Origin: an uncultured Saccharothrix sp. | GTDB lineage: Bacteria > Actinomycetota > Actinomycetes > Mycobacteriales > Pseudonocardiaceae | Direction: 5' to 3' | Assembly: GCA_965995405.1 (NCBI GenBank) | Contig: CBHFOL010000007.1 | Span: 174 to 64,173, forward strand | Length of the DNA: 64,000 bases | In this document: positions 8,765 to 17,732 of the stretch, piece by piece | How positions within the stretch are numbered: the stretch's first letter is position 1 | Layout of the letters: each line of letters starts with the position of its first letter | The notes under the pieces: generated by a model | What the model saw: only the letters and a program-made list of their open reading frames with translations | The model's database searches: none | What the model was told of the DNA's origin: nothing | Position numbers and translations under genes: made by a program

Positions 8765-10228
8765 TCACTGCCGGTCCATGGCGCCCAACAGCTCGGGCAG
8801 CGACGCGGTGCACAGCGCGATGGTGGAATCCGCGGCACCGTAAGGGATCACGAGCGTGTCGCCGTGCAACAGGCCGCCGCACGAGTAGACGACGTTGGGC
8901 ACGTACCCGTCGCGTTCGGCGGCGGCGGGCAGCAGCAGCGGTTCCGGCAACGTGGCCACGACACGTTCGGGGTGCTCCAGGTCGAGCAGGAGTGCGCCGA
9001 TCGAGTAGACCCGCATCGGGCCGACGCCGTGGGTCAGCACGAGCCAGCCGTCCGGGGTCTCGATCGGCGAGCCGCAGTTGCCGACCTGGACCAGGTCCCA
9101 GGGCCGGGCGGGCGACTGCACCGGCCGCGGTGAGGTCCACGACCTGATGTCGTCGGACGTCACCACGGACGTGCTCTCGCCGTCGCCGCGCGTCAGCGCC
9201 GCGTAACGGCCCCCGATCAGGCGCGGGAACAGCGCCATGCCCTTGTTGCGCGCGGCGGAGCCCGTGGTCTGGGAGAAGTGGAACGTGCGGAAGTCGTCGG
9301 TCTGCACGAGCTGTGGCGCGACATCGGCACCGTCGTAGGCGGTGTACGTGGCGTAGTAGGTCTGCCGGCCGTTGTCGGTGAAGCGCACGAACCGGGCGTC
9401 CTCGATGCCCTGGCGCTCCGACGGACCGCACGGCCACAGCACGCGCTCGCCGAGCACGGTGTCCTCCGCGAACTCCGACGTGTAGTTGCACGCGGCGATC
9501 CAGCGGATCAGCTCGACGGTCCGGTGCGCCTCCTGCCGGGCGACCAGGCTCGGGTGCAGGGTCGACAGCAACAGGTCCAGCTCGCCTCCGGTGAACCGCT
9601 CGGGCAGGTACCGGTTCAGCACCGCCGACACCTCGTCGCCGTGGCCGAACTCGGCGAGCTTGCCCCGGAACAGGCTCTTCTCGTACACCGCGTCCCGGCG
9701 GACGCCGACGGTGACCGACGTCGAGGCCCGGTCCACGGCGAGCACGCCGTCGGGGCCGACCAAACCGGTGCGGAAGCCGACCGACGACAGGTGGCCCTCG
9801 CCGATGCCCCGCACGCTCAGGACGACCCGCAGGTGCCCCGCCGGCACCGCGTTCTGATCGGGGTGGGCGACCATCGACGGGTTGCACAGCGCCGCGGCCT
9901 CCACGGCGTATTCGTGCGTGAAGTAGGCCCCGATCAGCAGTCTGCGGGCGTCCGACAGCTCGACATCGGCGGCCAGGCGGTGGCTGACGCTCTCGAAGTG
10001 GTCGGTGAAGGTCTCCCGGAGGTTGCGGTGCCGCCGCGCGAACAGCCGCACGGTGCGGGTCAGCGCGGTGCGCACCGCCTCCTCGTCCAGTGCCATCACC
10101 CGGCGGATCACCGCCGCCGACCGCGACTCGTGCTCGGGCCGTTCCTCGCCCGGCACGAACAGCTTCGTGTCGACCCGGCGCGGGTCGGGCCGCAGCCGCA
10201 GCGCCGTGCGGGTCACGAGCGGCGTCAT
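8765..10228 (-). CDS. Glycoside hydrolase family 130 (mannoside phosphorylase/mannosidase-like)
   Basis: AALCNPS, EDARFVRF, NKGMALFPR, GNCGSPIET, GYVPNVVYSCG. Confidence 0.88.
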   Translation of the reverse strand: MTPLVTRTALRLRPDPRRVDTKLFVPGEERPEHESRSAAVIRRVMALDEEAVRTALTRTVRLFARRHRNLRETFTDHFESVSHRLAADVELSDARRLLIGAYFTHEYAVEAAALCNPSMVAHPDQNAVPAGHLRVVLSVRGIGEGHLSSVGFRTGLVGPDGVLAVDRASTSVTVGVRRDAVYEKSLFRGKLAEFGHGDEVSAVLNRYLPERFTGGELDLLLSTLHPSLVARQEAHRTVELIRWIAACNYTSEFAEDTVLGERVLWPCGPSERQGIEDARFVRFTDNGRQTYYATYTAYDGADVAPQLVQTDDFRTFHFSQTTGSAARNKGMALFPRLIGGRYAALTRGDGESTSVVTSDDIRSWTSPRPVQSPARPWDLVQVGNCGSPIETPDGWLVLTHGVGPMRVYSIGALLLDLEHPERVVATLPEPLLLPAAAERDGYVPNVVYSCGGLLHGDTLVIPYGAADSTIALCTASLPELLGAMDRQ

Positions 10229-11235
10229 CCGGTGCTCGCCGACAGGGCCCGACCGTGTTGCAGGGTCGAGATCAGTGCCAGCGTGGACTCCGCGCCCTGG
10301 TTGTGGCTGCACCCGTCACGCTCCAGTCCGTCGCGACCGCCTCCGGTGTCCCGGTCCAGCAGCGGCATGCCGATGTCGTTGACGCCCACGAACCAGGCCA
10401 CCGCGCGGCGGACGCCGACCAGCCACGTCCGGTCGCCGGTCACCCGGTGGGCGCGGACGCAGGCGTCGGCGAGCGCCGCCGGCTCGATGGGCTGCTGGGC
10501 GAACGCCGGCCGGGGCTCGCCGACCCGCCAGCCGCCGGCGGGGGTCGGCGACCGCCGGTCGTCCCGGGATTCGACGGTCAGCAGCCAGGCCAGCAGCAGC
10601 AGGCCGTCGTCGCGGACCTTCCGGTCGTGCAGCAGGTCGCCCGCGGCGATCAGTGCCTCGGGCAGCACGGCGTTGGCGTAGAACAGTCGTTCCTCCGGCC
10701 ACGGCCAGTCCCGGTCGCCGGTCGGCGCGCCGATCGTCCCCGGGATGTCGGCGAGCAGTTTCGCCGCGAGATCGTGCCCCGGCACGGCACGCAGCACCTC
10801 GGCCGCACCGAGCGCCGCGAAGCACGTCGAACGGACCGACGGCGGGCGGTGGTGGGCACTCGCCTCGAAGCGCGCCAACGCGACCGTGCGCATCCACGGC
10901 TGCGGAGCGCGCGCTGCGACGGTGCCCAGCCCCCACAGCGCGCGTCCCCACCAGTCGCCCAGGCCCGGGTCGTCGTGCCACGTGCGGTCGGGGCCGAGCC
11001 GGTTGTGGAACCGGCCGTCGTCGGACTGCGCGTGGGCGGTGAAGGCGAGGTAGCGCTCCAGGACGGCGATCAGGTCGTCGCCGGGATCCGGCTCGCGGCA
11101 CAGGACGACCAGCCCGCGCGCCACGTCGTCCAGGCAGTAGCCGTGGCTGCGGAGCGGCAACGGTCCGGACGCGTGCTCGTGCAGGCCCGTGTCGTCGCTG
11201 AGCCGCACCAGGTGGGCGAAGCTCGGGCCGTTCAC
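10225..11235 (-). CDS. Six-hairpin glycosidase-like protein (resembles the domain often fused to GT4)
   Basis: GYCLDDVAR, GRFHN, WWGRALWGLG, FAQQPIE, NQGAESTL; coupled to both neighbours by 4-nt overlaps. Confidence 0.7.
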   Translation of the reverse strand: MNGPSFAHLVRLSDDTGLHEHASGPLPLRSHGYCLDDVARGLVVLCREPDPGDDLIAVLERYLAFTAHAQSDDGRFHNRLGPDRTWHDDPGLGDWWGRALWGLGTVAARAPQPWMRTVALARFEASAHHRPPSVRSTCFAALGAAEVLRAVPGHDLAAKLLADIPGTIGAPTGDRDWPWPEERLFYANAVLPEALIAAGDLLHDRKVRDDGLLLLAWLLTVESRDDRRSPTPAGGWRVGEPRPAFAQQPIEPAALADACVRAHRVTGDRTWLVGVRRAVAWFVGVNDIGMPLLDRDTGGGRDGLERDGCSHNQGAESTLALISTLQHGRALSASTG

Positions 11236-12365
11236 GTGGTGATCACGGCGCGGGCGTCGGACAGGCTCTCCGCCAAGCCGCGATAGCGCGCGGCGACCGC
11301 CCGCCAGCTCACGGTCGGCGCGAGCCGGGCCGCCCGGTCGACCATCCCGGCGGTGAGGCCCGGCTCGGTCAGCACGCGCCGCAGCGCCGAGGCGATGGCG
11401 ACCGGGTCCCGGTGCGGCACCAGCAGGCCCGCGCCGTCGGACAGCAGTTCCACGGCGTGCGGGAACTCGGTCGCCACCACCGGCTTGCCCGCCGCCAGCG
11501 CCTCGATGAGCACCCCGGAGGTCACCTGCTCGGACGAGTCGTAGGGCAGCAGGACGACGTCCGCCCGGCCGACCAGTTCCGCCAGCGCGCCGGCCTCGTG
11601 ATAGGTCCCGTCGAACTCGACCAGGTCGGCCACGCCGAACGCGGCGGCCCGGCCGCGCAGGGTCTCCCGGTACGCCTCGCCGTCCCGCATCAACACCTTC
11701 GGGTGGGTCTGGCCGGCCACCAGGTAGCGCGGCCTCAGGTCACGCAGGCTGCCCAGCGCCGAGATGCCCCACTCGACGCCCTTGCCGGGGCCGAGCAGCC
11801 CCCACGTGAGGATCACCGGCCGGCCGGTCGACGGTCGGCGGGCGGACGGCTTGACGGGCAGCGCCCCGTGCGGGATGACAACCACCTCTTCGGGGCGTTC
11901 GACGGTGTGACCGGCCACGAGCCGGTCCTTCGCCGCCTCGGACATGGTCACCACCGCGTCCGCGCGGCCGACCACCTCGTCCAGCACCCGGCGCTGCCCG
12001 GGCGTGGGCGCGGTGAGCACCGTGTGCAGCACGACGATCACCGGGACGCGCAGCCGGGCGAGCACACCGAGCACGTCGTCGCCGTCGCGGCCGGCGTAGA
12101 TGCCGTACTCGTGCTGCACCACGACCACGTCACAGCGGTTGAGTGCATCGGCCGCGGTCTCGGCCGCGCCGGGAGCCAGGTGGTGCACGACCGGGGGTCT
12201 CGCGGTGGCTGCCCGGTCGTCGTCCGACTCCGCGAGCACCCGGACCACCCGCCCCCGTCCGCCGGGGGTCGCCGCGACGAGGTGGTGCAGCAAGGCGGCG
12301 GTGAACGTGGCGAGGCCGCACTGCGTCGGCGGGTACGTGCTCAGGAAACCGTAGGTTCGAGCCAT
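11232..12365 (-). CDS. Glycosyltransferase family 4
   Basis: STYPPTQCGLATF, QHEYGIY, GLLGPGKGVE, QVTSGVL, KPVVATEF. Confidence 0.9.
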   Translation of the reverse strand: MARTYGFLSTYPPTQCGLATFTAALLHHLVAATPGGRGRVVRVLAESDDDRAATARPPVVHHLAPGAAETAADALNRCDVVVVQHEYGIYAGRDGDDVLGVLARLRVPVIVVLHTVLTAPTPGQRRVLDEVVGRADAVVTMSEAAKDRLVAGHTVERPEEVVVIPHGALPVKPSARRPSTGRPVILTWGLLGPGKGVEWGISALGSLRDLRPRYLVAGQTHPKVLMRDGEAYRETLRGRAAAFGVADLVEFDGTYHEAGALAELVGRADVVLLPYDSSEQVTSGVLIEALAAGKPVVATEFPHAVELLSDGAGLLVPHRDPVAIASALRRVLTEPGLTAGMVDRAARLAPTVSWRAVAARYRGLAESLSDARAVITT

Positions 12366-12720
12366 GGAGCGGACCTTTCGGTTCGACGGGGACGGACCGG
12401 TGTCGTGACGAAAGCCGGGCTCCGCCCCGCAGCGGGAACCACTCGGATGGTCCGGGCGGCCGGCGCGTCCGGGGGGACGATCGCGGTCGGTTGAACGTCC
12501 ACCGTGGACGGCTTCGAAGTGGCCGTCTCCGCACGGGGCTCGGTCGGGTGGTGAAGCCTGCTCCGCAGCCCGACCCTCCCACCGTACGCGGTGCCGCCGT
12601 GAGGTGTAGCGTCGGTGTGTCGGGCGCACTCGCCTGAGTCACCCGAAACCCCGCGCCGACAGGCGGTCTCGACACCGTTCGCGATGAGCGCCGGCGGGGC
12701 GCGGAGAAAGCTGGAAAACC

Positions 12721-12873
12721 ATGTCACCCAAGTACGTTTCACGGTATGACGCACGGGTCGACCTCGTGCGGACCACCCTTCAGGAGCTGTCGGGCCTGGA
12801 CGACAAGACCGCGCGCGATGTCGCGGTGCGGGTCGTGCACGTGTTGGACCACCTGCCCGAGCAAGTCCGGTGA
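12721..12873 (+). CDS. DUF6307-like small protein (50 aa)
   Basis: Manual translation MSPKYVSRYDARVDLVRTTLQELSGLDDKTARDVAVRVVHVLDHLPEQVR; below ORF-track cutoff; family recalled from similarity. Confidence 0.7.
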   Translation: MSPKYVSRYDARVDLVRTTLQELSGLDDKTARDVAVRVVHVLDHLPEQVR

Positions 12874-13046
12874 CGGCGCACTCCGAGAACTCGCTGTTCA
12901 GTCACCCGGACGTGCACCACCCGGCGACGCGGCCCACCCCGTCCGACGAGGAGGGCCGCCCGTACGCCGACCTGTTCCGGGAACCGACCGACGCCCCCGC
13001 CGACGGTCCGGAGCCCGGTCGGCGGGGTGCTCGCGAGTCGGCGTAG
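12870..13046 (+). CDS. Small hypothetical protein (58 aa)
   Basis: GTGA overlap with upstream stop; VTAHSENSLFSHPDVHHP...RPYADLFRE; high GC3. Confidence 0.55.
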   Translation: MTAHSENSLFSHPDVHHPATRPTPSDEEGRPYADLFREPTDAPADGPEPGRRGARESA

Positions 13047-13061
13047 CCAGGCGGCCGGCCG

Positions 13062-13994
13062 TCACCGCCCGTCCCTGCTCATCGCCGCCAGCCGGGCCGC
13101 GCGCGGCCACCGCACCTGTGACACCCAGCCGAGCTTCTCGAACAGCCGGATGACCAGTGCGGAGATGTCCACCTGGCCGCGGCGCACACCGTGTCGGGCG
13201 CACGTGGGGTCGGCGTGGTGGGAGTTGTGCCAGGACTCCCCCATCGACAGGATCGCCAGCGGCCAGAAGTTGGCGGACTTGTCGCGCGCGGTGAAGGGCC
13301 GGTCGCCGATCATGTGGCAGATCGAGTTCACCGACCACGTCACGTGGTGCTGGAACGCGATCCGCGCGAGGCCGGCCCACAGGAACGCGGTCAACGCGCC
13401 CCACCACGACAGCGTGATCACGCCGCCGAGCACGGCCGGCACGCCCGCGGTGAGCGCCACCCACAGCGGGAAGAGCCGGTCGACCAGGCGGATGTCCTTG
13501 TCCGCCTTGAGATCCGGCGCGAAGCGGTCGACGTTCGTGTTGTCCCGGCCGAACAGCCAACCCATGTGCGCGTGCCAGAAACCCCGGGCGAGTGCCAGCG
13601 GGGAGGTGCCGAACAGCCACGGCGAGTGCGGGTCGCCCTCGCGGTCGGAGAACGCGTGGTGGCGGCGGTGGTCGGCCACCCAGCCGATCACCGGCCCCTG
13701 CGCCGCGAGGCCGCCGGCGATGGCCAACGCGACCCGGAGCGGCCGTTTGGCCTTGAACGCGCCGTGCGTGAAGTAGCGGTGGTAGCCGACCGTGACGCCC
13801 AGCGTGGAAATGGTGTAGAACACGGCGGCGATCGCCACGTCCACCCAGCTCAGGCCCCATCCCCAGGTGAGCGGCCCGGCCGCGAGCAGCGCGGCGAACG
13901 GGATCACCAGGAACAGCCGGATGACCAGCAGTTCGGTGCCGGTGCGCGGTTCGGCCAGCATGGGTTTCGGTGCGGAAAGTGTCTCGGTGGTCAT
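13062..13994 (-). CDS. Acyl-CoA/acyl-lipid delta-9 fatty-acid desaturase
   Basis: His boxes GYHRYFTH, HRRHH, WHNSHH; WNAHMGW-type motif (FWHAHMGW). Confidence 0.93.
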   Translation of the reverse strand: MTTETLSAPKPMLAEPRTGTELLVIRLFLVIPFAALLAAGPLTWGWGLSWVDVAIAAVFYTISTLGVTVGYHRYFTHGAFKAKRPLRVALAIAGGLAAQGPVIGWVADHRRHHAFSDREGDPHSPWLFGTSPLALARGFWHAHMGWLFGRDNTNVDRFAPDLKADKDIRLVDRLFPLWVALTAGVPAVLGGVITLSWWGALTAFLWAGLARIAFQHHVTWSVNSICHMIGDRPFTARDKSANFWPLAILSMGESWHNSHHADPTCARHGVRRGQVDISALVIRLFEKLGWVSQVRWPRAARLAAMSRDGR

Positions 13995-14424
13995 CGGCCT
14001 TACCTGACTGACGGGGAGCGGCACGTCCCGTGTGCGTGCGTCCGGATCGTCTCGAAGCGAGCTGGAATCGACGACGGACGGGGGCCGGGTCCGCGACGCA
14101 GTGACGAGCAGCGCTCGGCCACCCACGGGCGGTGGTCAGGCACATCCGGACACACCGCGCGTACCGCCGGTCGGAAGAACGACGAAGTGGCGTGCGTGCC
14201 GGGTCTGGATGGCGGCCTTTCGAAATGCCTGACACCAACGCTACACCCGGCGTCGGCGGTCCACCGTTTTCAGCCCACCGCGGGTGGACGGGTCCGCCCT
14301 GGGACCGGTGGTCGAGTTACGTCTGCCGGGTGAAGCCTCGTGCGGTGGTTCCGGCCGACCGGCTTCGCCGCTAACGTGAAGTTCACGCGGTCGTTCGGTT
14401 CCGAGGCACTCTGGAGGAGAACGC

Positions 14425-16332
14425 ATGCGAGGGGGCGGGATCCGGTTTGCGAGTCTGTCGGCGGCGGCGTGCGCGGCCGTGGTGGTGTTGTTGAGCGGGA
14501 CGGCGCCCGCACCGGCCGTTCAGGTGGCGGACGACTTGTACATGCAGGTTGTCGCACACCAGGACGACGACCTGTTGTTCATGAATCCCGACATCGCCGA
14601 GTCGATCCGGGCGAACGTCCCCAGTGTCACGGTGTTCGTCACCGCCGGCCAGATCACCGGGGACGGCGGCAGCGACGAAGAGCGCGCACGCAACCGGCAG
14701 CGCGGCATCCAGGATTCCTACGCGCGGATGGCCGGAGTACCCGACGACGACCCCGACGCGCAGGAGGAGTGGACCGGACAAGCCTGGCCGGTCGCGGGTC
14801 GGCAGGTGGAGCGGTACATCCTCAACGACCGGCCGACGGTCCACTTGGTCTTCATGAACCTGCACGACGGCGCGCTCGGCTCGGTGCGCGACTCCGGCCA
14901 CACCGACCACACCGTGATTCCGCAGAACGGCGTGGTCTCCCAGTCCTTCCCGTACGTCCGCGCCGACGTGGTGGCGGTGCTGTCGGGGTTGATGCGGCAG
15001 TACCGCCCCAGCCTGCTGCGCGCCCAGGATCCCTTGCCGGACAGCCGTTACAGCCCCGACCACAGCGACCACATCGCGGCGGCGCGGTTCGCCGGCGACG
15101 CGGCCACCGCGGCGGGCCTGCCGCTGGTGCAGGTCAACTACCGCGACTACAACATCGGGGACGCCCCGGTGAACCTGGCCGGCCCCGCCCGCACCCACAA
15201 GCGGGACATCCTGGCCAACTACCTGCGCTACGACCACGGGTTCAACCCGGGCGGCTGGCCGGACCGCATGTACTACCGCTGGGACCGGGGCACGTCCTGG
15301 GCCGGGCGCAACGCCGACGGCCGACCCCAGATCTTCGTGGTGCGCAACGGTTCCGTGCACACCTACTGGCAGACCCCGCAAGGCGGCTGGGCCGGTCCGC
15401 AGCCGCTGGGCGGCACCGGAGGACTCGTGACGCCGGCGATCGCGGTCGGCCGCAACGCCGACGGACGGTTGCAGATCTTCGCCCGCCGACTGTCCGACCA
15501 CCACATCGTCACCACCCACCAGACCCAGCCGAACGGCGGCTGGGCGACCGGCTGGACCGACCTGGGCAACCCGAACGCCGGGCTGGGCAACGAAGCCCAG
15601 GTCGGCGTACCCGCCGTGGCCGCCAACGCCGACGGCCGGCTGGAGGTGTTCGTCAAGAACGGCGGCGGCGGGGTCAGCACCGCCGACCAGACCCAGCCGA
15701 ACGGCACCTGGGGCGGCTGGGTGGACCTCTACGGCACCGATGTCCAGGACGGTCTCAGCGCCGTCACCAACCCGCAGGGCCGCATCGAACTGTTCGCGTC
15801 CACCCGTGACCGCGTGCTGCACTGGTACCAGCCGCAACCCAACAGCGGCTTCGTCCTGAACACGGCGCTGCCCGCGCTCCGACCGGCGAGCCCGCCGTCG
15901 GCCGCGCTGTCCCAGGACGGCCGCATCGAGGTCGCCTACCGGAAGGCCGACACCGCCGAAACCGTGATCAGCCACCAGATCCAGGTCGGCGGGAGCTGGA
16001 GCCCGACCCCGGTCGTGATCGGCGGCCACGCGGGGGTCGGCGAACCGGCCCTGGTCACCGCGCCACCGGGCCCGGACGCCCGGATCATGGTCTTCCACCG
16101 CAACGGCGGCAACGGCGTGAGCATGGCCAAACAACTGGGCCCCGACAACAAGTACGGCCCGTGGACCGACCTGGGCGGCGTCATCATCGACTACCCGGCG
16201 GCCACCCTGACCGCCGGCGGCGCGGTGGTCCTGTTCACCATCGGCACCGACGGCGCGATCTACCTGAGGCAGCAGACCACACCCGGTGCCGACAGCCCGT
16301 TCGGCGACTGGCAGATGCTCAGCCGCGACTAG
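14425..16332 (+). CDS. Secreted PIG-L/LmbE-family deacetylase with C-terminal repeat (lectin-like beta-propeller) domain
   Basis: Signal peptide, VAHQDDDLLFMNPD, DHSDH; repeated NADGR(L/P)(E/Q)(V/I)F..W units. Confidence 0.8.
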   Translation: MRGGGIRFASLSAAACAAVVVLLSGTAPAPAVQVADDLYMQVVAHQDDDLLFMNPDIAESIRANVPSVTVFVTAGQITGDGGSDEERARNRQRGIQDSYARMAGVPDDDPDAQEEWTGQAWPVAGRQVERYILNDRPTVHLVFMNLHDGALGSVRDSGHTDHTVIPQNGVVSQSFPYVRADVVAVLSGLMRQYRPSLLRAQDPLPDSRYSPDHSDHIAAARFAGDAATAAGLPLVQVNYRDYNIGDAPVNLAGPARTHKRDILANYLRYDHGFNPGGWPDRMYYRWDRGTSWAGRNADGRPQIFVVRNGSVHTYWQTPQGGWAGPQPLGGTGGLVTPAIAVGRNADGRLQIFARRLSDHHIVTTHQTQPNGGWATGWTDLGNPNAGLGNEAQVGVPAVAANADGRLEVFVKNGGGGVSTADQTQPNGTWGGWVDLYGTDVQDGLSAVTNPQGRIELFASTRDRVLHWYQPQPNSGFVLNTALPALRPASPPSAALSQDGRIEVAYRKADTAETVISHQIQVGGSWSPTPVVIGGHAGVGEPALVTAPPGPDARIMVFHRNGGNGVSMAKQLGPDNKYGPWTDLGGVIIDYPAATLTAGGAVVLFTIGTDGAIYLRQQTTPGADSPFGDWQMLSRD

Positions 16333-17732
16333 CTCCCGACGAAGATGGACGACCCGGCGGCCGGGACGAAGCGGGCCTGGAAGAACCGCAGCACATGGGG
16401 TTCGTGCGTGAACGTGAGGCCGCTGGTGATCGTGTCGCGGTTGCGGTGGAGGTGGATGACGCTGTCCGCGACATGATCCATGTGGGTCTGGGTGTAGACG
16501 CGGCGCGGGATCGCCAACCGGAGCAGTTCCAGCGCCGGGAACCGGTTCTGCCCGGTCACCGGGTCCCGACCGGCGGACACCCCGCCACGTTCCACGCCAC
16601 GGATACCGCCGGACACGTAGAGCGCGGCGGCCAGAGTCTGCCCGGGGAACTCGTCCCGGGGAATGTCGGGCAGCATCGCGGCGGCGTCGATGCAGACGCA
16701 GTGGCCGCCGATGGGGCGGACCACGGGCACACCCGCGTCGTGCAGCCGGTCTCCCAGGTACTCGACCTGGGCCACACGAGCCCGGATGTGGTCCTCGTCC
16801 ACGGATTCCGCGATCCCCTGGGCAATCGCCTCCATGTCCCGCCCCGCCCTGCCGCCATATGTGTGCAGCCCCTCGTAGAGCAGGACCAAAGCACGGGCCT
16901 GCTCGGCGATCTCCGGGTCACGCAAGCCGATCCAGCCGCCGATGTTGGCAATACTGTCCTTTTTGGACGATACGACGGCACCATCCGTCGGCGCACACAA
17001 GGCAAGCAGGATCTCCGCCACCGAACGATCCGCCCAACCGGGTTCGCGTTGCTTGACGAACCAGGCGTTCTCCACGGCCCGCGCCGCGTCCAGGTAGACC
17101 GGGATCCCATTGGCGTGCGCCAGTTCGCACACCGCGGTCAGGTTCGCGACGCTGATGGGCTGGCCACCCGCCATGTTGACCGTCGCGGCGATCGACACGT
17201 ACGGGATCCCTTCCCGGCCGAACTTCGTGATCACGGTCTGGAGCTTGTCCAGATCCACATCACCCTTGAACGGGTGTTCCGACACGGGGTCGTGGGCCTC
17301 GTCGATGATGACGTCGTGGAAGGTCGCGCCGTTGGCTTCCTGGTGGGCGCGGGTACTCGCGAAGTACATGTTGCCGGGGATGTGGGTGTCCGGCCGGATC
17401 AGGCAGTGCGACAGGATGTTCTCCCCGCCGCGCCCCTGGTGCACCGGCACGATGTGCGGATAGCCGTAGTGGGACTGGATCGCCGCTTCGAGCACGTAGA
17501 AGCTGCGCGCCCCGGCATAGGCTTCGTCGCCGCGCATCAGGGCCGACCACTGGAGGTCCGACATGGCCCCGGTCCCGGAATCCGTGAACAGATCGATGTA
17601 CACGTCCTCCGCACGCAGCAGGCACGGGTTCCAGCCCGCCTCGCGGATCACGCGCTCCCGGTAGTCGCGGGTGGTGGCCCGCATGGGCTCCACCATCTTG
17701 ACGCGCCAAGGCTCGGGTTCGTAAGTGGTCAT
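16329..17732 (-). CDS. PLP-dependent beta-eliminating lyase (tyrosine phenol-lyase/tryptophanase family)
   Basis: EPWRVKMVEP, DLFTDSGTGAMS, GDEAYAG, HQGRGGE, SSKKD (PLP Lys), IPRRVYT, LRFFQARF. Confidence 0.93.
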   Translation of the reverse strand: MTTYEPEPWRVKMVEPMRATTRDYRERVIREAGWNPCLLRAEDVYIDLFTDSGTGAMSDLQWSALMRGDEAYAGARSFYVLEAAIQSHYGYPHIVPVHQGRGGENILSHCLIRPDTHIPGNMYFASTRAHQEANGATFHDVIIDEAHDPVSEHPFKGDVDLDKLQTVITKFGREGIPYVSIAATVNMAGGQPISVANLTAVCELAHANGIPVYLDAARAVENAWFVKQREPGWADRSVAEILLALCAPTDGAVVSSKKDSIANIGGWIGLRDPEIAEQARALVLLYEGLHTYGGRAGRDMEAIAQGIAESVDEDHIRARVAQVEYLGDRLHDAGVPVVRPIGGHCVCIDAAAMLPDIPRDEFPGQTLAAALYVSGGIRGVERGGVSAGRDPVTGQNRFPALELLRLAIPRRVYTQTHMDHVADSVIHLHRNRDTITSGLTFTHEPHVLRFFQARFVPAAGSSIFVGS

